This document shows, one piece after another, positions 20,102 to 33,411 of a stretch of 64,000 nucleotides of DNA. Source of the DNA: Scyliorhinus canicula. Taxonomy: Eukaryota. The translations under genes and the position numbers were made by a program. The notes under the pieces were generated by a model. It was not told the DNA's origin. It did not search any database and worked only from the letters and a program-made list of their open reading frames with translations. Position 1 is the stretch's first letter; every line of letters starts with the position of its first letter. The DNA lies in the NCBI RefSeq assembly GCF_902713615.1, contig NC_052160.1, positions 137,434,737-137,498,736 of the forward strand, given 5' to 3'.

Positions 20102-21354
20102 AAAATCCATCCAGCTGGTGCACATGTTGCTTATTGCTTCTTACTTTGCTTCTCAGTTACGTTGGGCTGGAATCGCCAGCACCTGCCACCAGTAGCAGAG
20201 TTCCTGATGTGGCAAAGAATCCAGCGGTGGTAAAAAAAATGGGATTGACCCCCAGCGCCGTTCTGTTTCCGATATTCCGATCCCCTGCTGGCGGCAGCAT
20301 CTAGGTTCGTGCTCCGCACCAGCGGCTGGATGCAAATGACACATTTGCCTCCTATTAACAGGCGGGCACCGGATTCTCCAAGCCTCCGTGATTCTTCAAC
20401 CCACTCGGCTGGAATTCACCCTGGCATGGATTGGTGCAAGTATTTCCCAGCGTGGCCCTGACACGGTGAAACTCCCAGTGGCCCGAGGGGCTACGTATTT
20501 CAGGTAGCTGTCCCCAAAGTCTATCGGGGGGGGGGGGGTACCCACTAGCCCACAATGTAATTTGTGCCCACCCTCCTCCACCAGAGCCCCCGCCCCATGA
20601 GACACCCCTACCAGATATCCCACCAATCCTCTTTTTCTCAGAAGAAAGCACTTAGCTGCTTCTGAGGTGGTCTGTCAATAATAGCTAGATATAAAGGGAA
20701 ATGAAAATAATGAATCCAGACATCTGGTTGGCTAGAAGCTGTCAACCACAGACTATTAAAATCTATTTCATCTTCAAATTGAATAGAAGCCTTGCAAATT
20801 AAAGGATCTGAGGGGGTTTAAAGCCTCGTGATGTGGTTTTGGCTTTCTATGAAGTTACAGCTGCTGCTTTCTAAACATCTGTCTGAGGCAGCAGGTATAA
20901 GGCACAGGTTAGTGCGAAAGCAGTATTTTTTTCACTGTTTCTGTCTGGATGGCTTTTTAGCTTCCAGGTATGTGCGATTGATGGGACGAGTGGGAGGTGT
21001 TCCCTGTTATGGGGGTTCTCTGCTATGGGGGGTAGGTTTCCCTGTTATCAAATAATCCCAACCGTGCAGGTGGAGGCCATTTTCCCCCTAAGCTCAACCC
21101 ACTTCCCCGCCCTATCCTCGGAATCCCGGAACTCCACCTAACCTTTGGACACTAAGGGGCAATTTGTCATGACCAATCCACCTAATCTGCATGTATTTGG
21201 ATTGTGGGAGGAAACCGGAGCACCCGGAGGAAACCCAGCCAGACTCGGCGAGAAAATGCAAACTCCACACAGTCACCCAAGGCTGGAATCGAAGCCGGGT
21301 CCCTGGCGTGATGAGGTAGCAGTTCTAACATTGTGCCACCATGCTGCCCTGTTA

Positions 21355-21600
21355 TGGTGAGGGTTCTCCGATATGGGGGGGGTTCCCTATTGTTGGGGGT
21401 GGGCTCTGTTATGGGAGGAGGGTTCCTGATATGGGGGAATTCCCTAATATGAGGGGGTTCCCTGAAATGGGGTTTTCTGATATGGGGGGCTCCCCTGTTA
21501 TGGGCAGTTCCATGATATTTGGGGCATCTCTGCAATGGGTGGTTCCATGATATGGGGTGGGGTCTCTGTTGAGGGTGTCTCTGATGGGAGTTCCTGGTGG
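21355..21600. repeat. Degenerate ~20-bp tandem repeats (ccctgttatggggg-like) inside a MITE-like element
   Basis: Recurrent cct(g/a)(t/a)(t/a)atggggg units; a similar patch at ~21000-21050. Confidence 0.6.
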
Positions 21601-23042
21601 TGGTCTCTGGTGGAGGGGTTGGTGGGCAGACTCATGCGTGCGTTCTGTGTGGGGGTGGGGTGTCTCCAGCAATTTCCATGATGTGGGGGGGGGGGAAGAA
21701 GCTCCTACTTGTCGTGGGGAGCGGGAAGGTTTTCCGTCGCTGGGAATGGGGCCAGGGAGAAGGGGACCAGCCGCTGGACCTCACTATCGAGCAGTTTGCT
21801 GAAAATGGTGGCCCGGTAGCGTGATACATGATGGAATTTCAAGGGACACTGAATCATTTCTGGGCACCTCTCCCAGCCCCAATGCGAGGCAGAAGCGTTT
21901 CAGCTCCAGCGGAAGGACATATGGCGGGATGTACCAGTCACGTTGCGCCCGAAAATCAGCGCAACCGGCAGATGTCAGGAGATCTCACTTCCGGCATTTA
22001 CCTTTCTTGCCACGCCTCACGAGATCTGACCTGATTTCTCGAGACATTGTGATGTGAAACCCGCCCATTGTGGGCGGCAGAACCTTCTGGAAAATCTGCA
22101 TTTTAGAGTGAGATAGCTGGGGAACCTCCTTATAGTGAGTTGGGACATGAGGGGAGGGAGTTCGGGGGTCGTGTCAGGTGCGCGAGAGATTGAGTCACCA
22201 TCTAAAAATGATGTGCCATGAGTGCATGAAACATCGCAGCAGAATTAGGCCACTCGGCCCGTGGAGTCTGCTCCACCATCAATCATGGCTGATATTTTTC
22301 TCATCCCCATTCTCCTGCCTTCTCCCCATAACCCCTGATCCCTTATTAATCAAAAACCTATCTATCTCTGCCTTAAAGACACTCAGTGATTTGGCCTCCA
22401 CAGCCTTCTGCAACAAAGATATCCACAGATGTTTCACTGTAGAAAACGGGGCTAAGTGCGGTCTCATTGGGGAGTTCCCCACTGACTCCCCCGATCTACC
22501 TGGATGGGCGTTAGATAGCGGAGTGTTTGGCGGCACTCTGTGCATCGGGAATCACCTGACTAATCTCGTACGCTATGGGTTCCCATTCAGGTAGATCGTG
22601 CCCATTCATCCACGAATGGAAGATCCTACCCATTGAATTTCTGATGTCATGAGCTGCCCACATGTTTACTTTTGTGGGATTATTCATCTAACTTTGGAAC
22701 TGTCTCCTCCATTCCCACTACTCCTCCCAGTTTGGCATCACCAGCAAATGTCATCAATTTACCTGGGGTTTGAGTCTAGGTTAATCAATGAAATTAGAAT
22801 GGTCCCATAACTAAGGTTTGTCGCTTCCCACTCGCTACTTATCACCTCCCCAGCCCCCAGCATACGATAATTTAACCATTGAATTTCAGTCGTGTCTTTC
22901 TTTGTTGTCCTCTTTCCTCCAATTCATAGGTTCCTGGTTCAAGTCCCATGCCAGGGTTTGCAAAAATCAAATGTTGACTCTCTGGTGAAGGATGGCTGAA
23001 ATGCTGGAGCTGCATGACTGGATTCTCCCAAATGGGACTCAT

Positions 23043-23761
23043 GGGCGAAATTCTCCGACCCCCACGACGGGTCGGAGAATAGCGGGAGGGCCTTCCAACA
23101 TTTTTTCCCACCCTCCCCGCTATTCTCCCCCCACCCCCCCCCCCCCGCCCAACTCCCGACACGAATCGCTGCCGCCGTTTTTTTACGGCCGGGCAGCAGC
23201 GATTCACAGCTGTTCGATGGGCCGAAGTCCAGCCCTTTACGCTGTTTTACGAACGGCAAACAGACCTTGTTGGCAGTTTGTAAAAACGGCGGGGAACAAC
23301 TCGCTTTTTATAACCATGGCACACGATTGGCACGGCAGTACCACGGCCGTGCCAAGGGTCGCCATGGGCCCGCGATCGGTTTGGCACCAATGCGCGGGCA
23401 GCGGGCCCGATGCCCGCGCACTACTGTCCTTCCGCCGCCCCGCAGTATCCATTCGCGGGGCGGCCTGAGGGGCATCCCGGCCCGCGCATGCGCGGGTTTC
23501 GCGCAATACGCGATGACGTCATACGCGCATGCGCGGGTTGGAGTCTTCCAATCCGCGCATGCGCGGCTGACGTCATATGACGCAAGCGGGCTTAACGAAA
23601 TTTGTTAAGCCCGTGATGCCGTGAAGTTTACGGCGTCGGGCTTGCTAGCCCCGACCGGGGACCAGAATCGGTTCCCGGTCGGGAAGGGGCGCGCTGGCAT
23701 CAAACCCGCCGGGTTTTGACGCCAGCCTTACGATTTCTCCCGTTTTGGGAGAATCGCGCAC
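23043..23761. mobile_element. Harbinger-type MITE
   Basis: gggcgaaattctcc ... ggagaatcgcgcac; TSD CAT/TAT; same family as 5563-6159. A related MITE follows to ~24385. Confidence 0.75.
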
Positions 23762-24384
23762 TATGGCTCCACCCCAGCATACAACGCTGGAGTTTTACTA
23801 CACAGAGATTCCTGCAAAATAGATCAGCTAATTCAATGCCCTGCAGAGGGCTGGCAGGGACCTGGAGTAATTCACGCAGCTTTAGCTGCAGATATGGGCC
23901 CCCCGCATTTCCGGTTCGGTGTCCGCACATGCGCACGGCGACAGCCTCCAGCGGCCATGCGAGCTCCATGGCGGACCTCGGACCGCGGAGCCAGACACAA
24001 AAGTTAGACACCCCCGACCAGCCACGCGCCTGAGCACCTAACCGCGTGGATCCAACCCCTGGCCGCTATAACCGGCGTCCAATCCCCCCGCCCCCCACCA
24101 CGGCAGCCGCAGACTGAGTCCGCAGCCGTCACAACCAGCATCCCGACTGGCAATAGGTGGTTAGTTCCACGCCGACAGGAACTCAGCCGGCCGGGAGCGG
24201 ACGATCGCTGGGCCGGCCTCCGTCAATCGGTCCCCAGCCCCGCAGCGTACTCCGTGATCACGCCGATTCTCGGGTCCCGGAGAATCGGCCGACCGGTGCC
24301 GGGCCCGATTTCAGCGTGAAAGTGGATTCTCCGCCCCCGCACCGAATGTGATTTCGGCGCAGGGCTGCGGTGAATCCAACCCGT

Positions 24385-24690
24385 TATCTTTTGGATGAGA
24401 TTAAACTAATCCCCCATCAGTGTGCCTGGGTGAATGTAAATGATCCCATGGCACTGTTTTGAAGAGGAGTAGGGGATTATCCCCAATTACCTGACTATCA
24501 GTTATCCCTCACTCAACACCACATAAACAAACTATCAAACGGGTTATTATCCCATTGCTATTTGTGTTCATTTGTTGCCTGCCTATTGGCTGCTGTATTT
24601 TCTACTTTACCACAGTGACTACACTTCAGAAATACTACATTGACTGTAAAGAGCTTTGAGATGTCTGCTGATCATGAAAAGCACTCTGTA
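24385..24690 (+). mobile_element. Old Deu-domain-type SINE (AmnSINE1/SacSINE1-like); tails also at ~2440-2490, ~3830-3890, ~16230-16320, ~53860-53945
   Basis: tttggatgaga..gatcccatggcactgttttgaagag..cagtgactacacttc..tgtaaagagctttg matches the recalled Deu-domain consensus. Confidence 0.6.
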
Positions 24691-27600
24691 AATGCACAAC
24701 GTTCTTTCTTTTCCTTAACACAAAAGGTTTAAGGGAACAAATTTGACTTTGCACCAAACCCTTGTCTTCAAGTCAGAAGTTTGTGCGCTAACTCTAAGAC
24801 GTGCCATCGAATCCAGGCTGACATTTCAGTGCAGTACTGGGGGAACCGCTGCACCGTTACAACTGCCATTTCTCGGGATGGGACTTTAAAGTAAAATCCC
24901 TTCTGCTATCTTGGGTTAATATGGAAGATGTGGAGGTGCCATTCAATAGTTCTCCCAGTGCCCCAGCCAATAGTTATTCTGCAACTAACATCAATTCAAC
25001 AGATTACCTGGTCGTTCATCGAATTTTCGGGTGTTTTGCTGTGTGGCAATTCGTTTCCGCCTCTCTATTTCAAAAATATTTCAGGGGATGTGAAAGGCAT
25101 TTGTGAATTGCAAATTCCTCTTTCCTTTCTGTTGTAACGGCTTCAATTTGTCACTCAGATAATTTCTTATCAATTCCCAGGCTTCAATGCATAGAACTTT
25201 GGATCTCATTTATTCTTCAGCCAAATATGTTTTAAAATCACAGATCATAGAATTTGCAGTGCAGAAGGAGGCCATTCAGCCCTTCGAGTCTGTACCGGCC
25301 CTTGGAAAGAGCACCCTACCTAAGCCCAAACTTACACCCTACACCCACACCCTATCCTCGTAACCCTCACCTAACCTTTTTTGGACGCTAAGGGCAGTTT
25401 AGCGCGGCCAATCCACCTGACCCGCACGTCTTTGGACTGTTGGAGGAAACCGGAGCACCCGGAGGGAACCCACGCAGACACAGGGAGAACGTGCAGACTC
25501 CGCACAGACAGTGACCCTAGCCGGGAATCGAACCTGGGACCCTGGAGCTGTGAAGCAACTGTGCTAACCACTGTGCTACCGTGCCGCCAGAGTCAACTGG
25601 GGAGATGTTATCACTCAATGACGTCATGGACGTTGCTCAGGCAATGTCTTCCAATGTCACATCTATATTACTATTTATTTTGTTGTTATGCTTGTGTGCA
25701 CCAATGAAACAGGTTCTGCAGTGATTCCGGAGCCTGTCTGCAGGAGTCACACTGGGGAATGGCTGTAAATTCAGTAACAATAAAGAATGGCTGAAATGTT
25801 GAATGCAACGTTTCCTTGGTTTTTATAAAACTTGAGGGTGAGGCTAAAAACAATATTAACCCAGTTGAGGTAGAACAGGAGAAAGATAATTGGCCATGTA
25901 GCAAATGCGAGACAGGATGATGCCATCGGATTTCAGGGCACCCACTCGGGTTGCCAACTCTCCAGGATTGGCCTGGAATCTCCAGAAATTGTTGATCAAC
26001 CTCCAGGGCAGTGCTGTGTGCCACCCTGGAGAAACATCATCAGGGGATATTACGAAGGATCTTTTTCTCTCATTTTCTTTGAGTATTTCTCTTTGCCAGA
26101 GATAAAAACATTGAAAATAACAAACTAAGGCTGACTGATTGAAGTCAAGCATCATCCAATTGGGTATTAAATCTTTTTTTGCTTTCCAATTTCCTTAGGA
26201 AGGCAATACAGAACAAGGGTGGCTGTGTCGCCTGACTAGCAGTGAGAGAATTGGGCAAGTCACGCACTGAAACCTCCCGGGAATCTATTTAATCCCAGTT
26301 GACAACCCTAGTACCCACTGAGAGCTAAGCCCGACCGGCAATGCTTTGCCAATGGCCAGCCTGAGGCATCCATATGATCCCCGGTTCTAACTCCCAACTG
26401 GACCGCAGCCATCAGTGGACCAGAATGTGGCCATTCGGGTGGGGGGGGGGGGGGGGGGGGGGGGGTTATCCCGAGGGCAGCGGGGTATCCCGAGGGCAGC
26501 CTCGGAACAGCGATGACCGTTTATTTTATAAGACCCTCACTGGCATTTTGGGGAGTGCCAATCTCGACTTCCGCACAGGAACAAAGACGCTCCCTGTTTT
26601 CTTCAACCAGGTGCAGCACGGTAGCATGGTGCATGGTGGTTAGCATAAATGCTTCACAGCTCCAGGGTCCCAGGTTCGATTCCCGGCTGGGTCACTGTCT
26701 GTGCGGAGTCTACACGTCCTCCCCGTGTGTGCGTGGGTTTCCTCCGGGTGCTCTGGTTTCCCCCCACAGTCCAAAGATGTGCGGGTTAGGTGGATTGGCC
26801 ATGCTAAATTGCCCGTAGTGTCCTAAAAAGTAAGGTAAAGGGGGGGGGGGGGTTGTTGGGTTACGGGTATAGGGTGGATACGTGGGTTTGAGTAGGGTGA
26901 TCATTGTTCGGCACAACATCGAGGGCCGAAGGGCCTGTTCTGTGCTGTACTGTTCTATGTTCTATGTTCTATCTGCCGCGTGTCCCTCATAGTGGGTGAG
27001 TGGCATTCCCGCGATCAGGGATGTCTCCCTGTTGATGTGGGTGGCATTGTCCTGCACAAACACAGATCGATCGACTGTGAGTGCTGTGGATGAAAGAATC
27101 AATCATTAGCATGTGCGTGCTGAACGTTCCTTATAAGGACTGAAATGAAATGAAATGAAAATCGCTTATTGTCACTAGTAGGCTTCAATGAAGTTACTGT
27201 GAAAAGCCCCTAGTCGCCACATTCCGGCGCCTATCCGGGGAGGCTGGTACGGGAATCGAACCGTGCTGCTGGCCTGCTTGAAAAGCCAGCGATTTAGCCC
27301 AGTGAGCTAAACCAGCCCCTTAAGATGTCGCTAGTGCAGGATCGTACAAGAGATGGTGATATACACGTGTCTGTCAGACAATCAGTGCTGGTGCCCCATC
27401 TGCTGGTGGTACGTGAGATCCTTGTGGACTGTAACCCTTTGAATGCCTGAAGCCCTGATGGGAGTGTTTGCAGTAAGGAGAAGGTTGATTAAACCTGGTG
27501 GAGCAGGTGAGATCATTCATCCTTTTCCTGCACTGCAGGATGGTCCTTTTCCTGTGCCCCACAAGTCACCACATCCCAGGCTGGGAATGGTCAGGTTAGG

Positions 27601-28130
27601 GACCTCCTGCTGCCATCTCTGGGATAGAGCCCCTCCTGCCAGACCAGGTCTGCCTAGAGACGTCTCTCCAAGGATGTGTTACTAAAGCATGGAGTGGAGG
27701 GTTTGGTGCTTCTGGGCGCCATGGACAAGAATTTCCTAACACAGCTGGGTTTCAGTGAGTGAGTGGATGTGTGTGGTTGCAGTGTTAATGTGCCACGTGG
27801 ACCTTCGTGACCCGTCTGCTGCCAGGTCAGGTCCCACTAAGTCAATGGGCATTTGGCTAAGCTGCTGAATCTCCCACAACAAGTCCCACCATGACAGGGC
27901 CAGAAACCCCCGGCATTACTCTCCTATTGTAACCCACCTCCTGGCAGCAATTGTCTACACGTCAGCAAGGAGACAGGTGGAGAGCTGTGCCATCTGTTGC
28001 AAGAATAACAGGACCTAATAAGCAGCAGAAAGCTGGCAGGACCACGGAGAGCAATATTCAGCTGAGGCCTCCATTCTGGAGGACCATGGTGGCGCAAATT
28101 TGAGAGCTCCTGTCACCATTATTAATGATG

Positions 28131-28348
28131 TGGAGATGCCGGCGTTGGACTGGGGTGGGCACGGTAAGAAGTCTTACGACACCTGGTTAAAGTCCAACAG
28201 GTTTGTTTGGAATCACTAGCTTTCGGAGCGCAGCTCCTTCACCAGGTAAGCGTGTTCTAGCTCACCAGATGAAGGAGCTGCGCTCCGAAAGCTAGTGATT
28301 CCAAACTAACCTGTTGGACTTTAACCTGGTGTTGTAAGACTTCTTACC
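28131..28348. mobile_element. Palindromic Penelope-type element with two inverted hammerhead-ribozyme motifs
   Basis: ~85-bp inverted arms 28163-28247 / 28264-28348; each arm contains C-x-G-x-TGA-AGGAGC-TGC-GCTCC-GAAA-GCTA-GTGA; flanked by an accat(t/c)attaatg direct repeat. Confidence 0.75.
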
Positions 28349-30703
28349 ATCATTAATGTTCAGCATCTCCCCATTGAGCAGAAATCCTGGGAAGGTAGGC
28401 TCCTAGGGTGGATCACTGAACCATTCCAGAGCAAATAGGATGTACATCCCACTGGGGGAGGGATTCCACAGCAGAACTTTGCCCAGCATCTATTTATTTT
28501 TTCAAAAATGTTTTTATTCTCCTTTTTCATATTTTATTTTTCACATTATCTTCCAAATGTACACCCACCACCGAACAATAAACAGTAAAAATACATTGTC
28601 AGTCCCCTTATCATAAACAATCCCATCCCCCTCCCAAACCCCCAAACATCAGCCCGCATGTTAACATGAACAAATAACAAAAAGGAATCATGAATCACCC
28701 ACAGTCGCCATTAACACACACAGCCCCCCTCCCCCCAACCCTCCCAACCTCCGCCCCTAATGTTCGGTGTAATCCAATTCTTGAAAGTGCATAATGAATA
28801 ATGCCCATGAATTGTAAAACCCCTCCATCCTTCCCCTCAGCTCGACCGTAACCTTCTCAAGAGTCAAGAATTCCAGCAGGTCTCCCCACCACGCCAGGGC
28901 ACAGGGTGGAGAGGTTGATGTCCATCCCAACACGGTCCTCCTTCAGGCAATCAACGAGGTGAAGGCTATAACATCTGCCTCCGCAATCGTTTCCAACCCC
29001 GGCTGGTCCGATATCCCGAATATGACCTCCCGAGGGCCTGGGGCCAATTTCACGTGCACCACTTTAGAGATTACCCTAAAAACCTCCTTCCAGTAATCCT
29101 CCAGTTTTGGACAGGACCAAAACAAATGAACATGGTTTGCAGGGCCCCCGGGCAACGCTCACACACATCGTCTACCCCCTCAAAGAGCCGGCTTAACCTC
29201 GCCCTTGTGAGGTGTGCTCTATATACTACCTTCAGCTGTATCAGCTCCAACCTCGCGCACGAGGTCTACAATTCATGGGCGTTATTCATTATGCATTTTC
29301 ACTCTCTGGAGCACCTCACACCAGAACCCCTCCTCCATATTCTCTCCCAACTCTTCCTCCCTCTTTGCCTTGATCCCTTCTAATGGCGCCTTCTCCTCCT
29401 CCAAAATAGCCCCGTAAACCGGTGATACTATCCACTTCTCCAGTCCCCCTGTCATCAGCACCTCCTCCAGCAATGTGGAGGCCGGCTCCACCGGGAAGCT
29501 CTGTATCTCCTTCTGAGCAAAGTCTTGAACCTGCATGCATCTAAATATGTCCCCCTGCTCCAGCCCATGTTTCATTTCCAGCTCCTTCAATCCTGCAAAC
29601 CGACCCCCAAAAAAAATTCTTTATTTTCCTAATTCCCTTCTCCTCCCATCTCCAAAAATTTCCATCCCACCTCCCTGGTTCAAAACTGTGGTTCCCCCGA
29701 ATCGTCATTTCCCTCGGTTCTGCCCTCAACCCGAAGTGCTGACGAAACTGCCTCCAAATTCTCAACAAAGCTACCACGACCGGACTCCCTGAGCATTTCC
29801 CGGGGCCATTGGGAGCGGATTCTGTTGCTAGTGCTTTCAATCCCGACCCTCTGCACAAACTCTCCTCCATTCTGACCCACTGGGAATCAACCCCTCTGAC
29901 CCAGCTCTGCACCTTCTCCACATTCGCCGCCCAGTAATAATACATCAGGTTCGGAAGACCCAAACCCCCTGCCTGCCTTCCTCTCTGTAGTAGCACCTTT
30001 CTAACTCTGGCCACCTTCCCTCCCCATATGCACGAGGTAATCATCACTTCAATCTCTCTAAAAAATGCCTTTGGCAGGAAAATCGGTAGGCATTGGAAAA
30101 TAAACAGAAATCGCGGCAACACGTTCATTTTAACTGCCTGTACCCGACCCGCCAGTGACAGAGGGAGACCATCCCACCTCGCCAGATCAGCTTTCACTCT
30201 CCCCACCAAACTAGAAATGTTGTACCTGCGGAACCCCCCCACCCCACTCCCAAACAACCTGCACCCCCAGTTATCTAAAGTGAGTCCCTGCCCTGCGGAA
30301 TGGCAGCCCCCCCATCCCTGCCCCCACCCCCGGCCAAGACACCACAAAATACTCACTGTTGTCTCGATTTAACTTGTACCCCGAGAAAGACCCAAACACC
30401 CGAAGCAGCTTCAATATTCCCCCTGTTGACACACTCGGTTCTGACATGTATAACAACAGGTTATCGCCGTATAAGGACACCCTATACTCTACGTTCCATC
30501 CCCCACCCCCGCACCATCCCTTTCCATAACCCCAAACTTCTTAACCCAATGGTCAATGGCTCAATCGCGATTGCAAACAGCAGTGGGGACATAGGACATC
30601 CCTGCCTTGTGCAGAGAAAAGTATTCCGAGCTGATGTTGTTTGTGTGAACACTCACCCTCGGCTCCTTATATAGTAGCTTTACCCAGTTCACAAATCTTG
30701 GTC

Positions 30704-31588
30704 TGTTGCTCGTTCTGGTGAGTGCGCTTCACACTCAATTGGCTCTGTTTTATTACTTAGCTCTAGAGTCGCCAGGTATCCTTATGATACCACCACGAGG
30801 TTCAAGTTCAAGTTCAGATCAATGACTCAATACACCAATTAGTAAGGTTCAAATCAAAACACGTTTATTAATACACAGTTCATCACTACTCATGCATACA
30901 ATACTAAAAGACTCGGCTATTCCTACCACTAACAGGCCAGTACTTATCTGGATAAGGGAACCCGCTGGGTCAGGGAACAATGGCCTCTTGCTCGATCCTG
31001 AGTCTGCAGGCTTCCAGCTGGTATGGACTATGGGGTCAGGAGTGTCTATCTCGTAGCGTGCGTTGACTGGACACTTACTTGATGGTGCAGCAGTTTTCCA
31101 GGCCTCTCCTTCTTACGGTCAAGTTCTTCGAGAGCTGCTAAGATGTTCTGCTGGGAGGGCCGGCTAAGAGAGCGAACTGACCTTGGGGGCTCTATCTTAT
31201 AGTCCTCAGGGGCTTTGCGCCCTTTTGGGCGGACCCCGAGCGTACTTCCAATCAATTGGATCCCATACCAATCGATTGGTTTGAATTCCCCAATACTGAG
31301 GCTGTTTCCCGATCGCTGGGCGGTCCTTGGGTGCCCGTTTGCTTCTTTTGTCTTGGACTCCTGCTGGCGTCTAGTTTTACTTCGATCACCTTTGATTGTT
31401 ACTACTGTGCCCGGGAATTGCTCATTAATATGCATAGCTGCTGGTTTCAGTGCTGTCTGCTTTCTTTGCAGGCAGAATACACAGGAAAAGTCTGCAAACC
31501 GCTTGTTTCTCTGGGATTGTCCCATTTTCCCTGCATTCCTTGTGTTTCTCCATTTTAACTTGGGAAGTGGCCAACTCAGGTGGCTACA
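30704..31588 (-). mobile_element. Solo LTR, family C (885 bp, 4-bp TSD), nested in the L1 RT region
   Basis: TGTTGC...GCTACA ends; TSD GGTC. Removing it restores L1 RT (minus-strand FGIRPRFVNWVKLLY). Confidence 0.88.
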
Positions 31589-33167
31589 GGTCTAATCCCA
31601 AACTACTCCAGAACTGCCATCAAGTATCCCCACTCTACCCGGTCAAACGCCTTCTCGGCGTCCAATGCCACAACCACCAATTCCCTTCCCCTCTGCCGGT
31701 GCCATAACCACGTTCAATACCCTTCTAATATTAGAAAAGAGCTGCCTCTCCCTCACAAGCCCTGCCTGATCCTCACCTATCACCTTCGGGAGGCACTCCT
31801 CCAGCCTACCCGCCAGTACCTTCACCAATATCTTTGCGTCCACATTTGAAAGTGAAATGGGCCTATATGACCCACACTCCATCGGATCCTTGTCTTTTTT
31901 AAGCAACAGGGAAATCGATGTCTCCCCCAAAGTTTGTGGGAACACCCCCTTCCCTATTGCCTCCTCAAACATCCCCACCATCAGCGGTGCCAGATTATTC
32001 TTAAATTTTTTATAATATTCCACCGGAAACCCATCCGGCCCTGCCATCTTCCCCGACTGCATCCTCCCAATCGCATCTTTTATTTCCTGCTCCACTATCA
32101 CCCCTTCTAATGTAGCCCTGTCCCCCCTCCCCTCGCCTCGGGTTCTCCAGCCCATCTAAATATTCCTGCATTTCCTGCCCTGCCCCAGGTGGCTCTGACC
32201 TGTACAACCTCTCATAGAATTCCTTAAAGAACTTGTTAATCTGATCCGGAGCCACCACCAACTTTCCTGCCCTGTCCCGCCCCTGAACAATTTCCCTTGC
32301 CGCTGTTTCCCTCTGGAACTGACCCGCCAACATACGCCTACTCTCCCTGCTCGTAAACTGCCCTCCTGGCTCGCCTCAGTTGGTGCACCGCCTTCCTGGT
32401 AGATAGTCGGTCAAAGCTCGCCTGTAGTTCCTTCCTCTTTTCCAACTTCACTCGGTCCCCATCTTCTGCATAACTCCCAATCTCCAACATCTCAACTATT
32501 ACCCTCTGCCGCTCCAACCTCTCCTCTTTGTCCACCCTGTCCTTGAACGGGATGCCCTCACCCCTCACCACCGCCTTTAGAGCCTCCCGGACAACTGCCT
32601 TCGACACCTCACCCAGACAGTTGAAACCTACATATTCCTCAATTATTTTTCAATTTTGTCACAGAACCCTCGGTTCCCCAATAGTCCCACATCTGATTTC
32701 CACCATGGCCTCTGCACTACGCCCTTCTCCAATACCATATCCACCCAATGCGGAGCATGATTTGATATTGCAATTGCCGAGTACTCCGACCCCTTAACCC
32801 CAGCCAGCAGAGCCCTCTCCACTACAAAAAATGTTGATCCGCGAATCCACCTTATGGACCGCTAGGAAAAGCGAATACTCCCGATCCCTTGGGTGCCAAA
32901 ACCTCCAAGGGTCCACCCCTCCCATTTCCACCATTAGCCCAGCCAACGCCTTTGCCCCCCCTAACGGGACCAGCGAGCGCGGTTGACCTGTCCAATCTTG
33001 GCTCCTGCACCAGGTTACAGTCCATCCCCACTATCAGTTTGTGTGAATCCAAGAAGCGAATGGCCCTACACACCTTCTTCACAAATTCCAAATTGTCCCA
33101 ATTGGGGCCATATACACTTACCAGCGCCACTAGTCTCCTCTCCAGCGCCCCTATCACAATCACATAC

Positions 33168-33411
33168 TGAGATACCCTCAATTACGACACAGGAGAGAAG
33201 ATTGGTAATTCAAAGGCTTTAATCATCAGAGAACTGAACAGCTGCCGAGAAGTGTGCTCATCACATGCTGCCGAGTGAGCCTCATCTTATATACCGTTTC
33301 CTGGGGGCGGAGCCAGAGGCGGAGTCCCCCAGGGTTCCAAGCCCGGTCTTAAACGGCCAATGTATTAAAGGCAAGGTACATTTACAGCAGCTACTGATAC
33401 CATTCATCACA
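33168..33411 (-). mobile_element. Solo LTR, family B-like, nested in the L1 endonuclease region
   Basis: TG...CA; TSD CATAC; gggcggagcc motif; L1 coding homology resumes on both sides. Confidence 0.82.
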
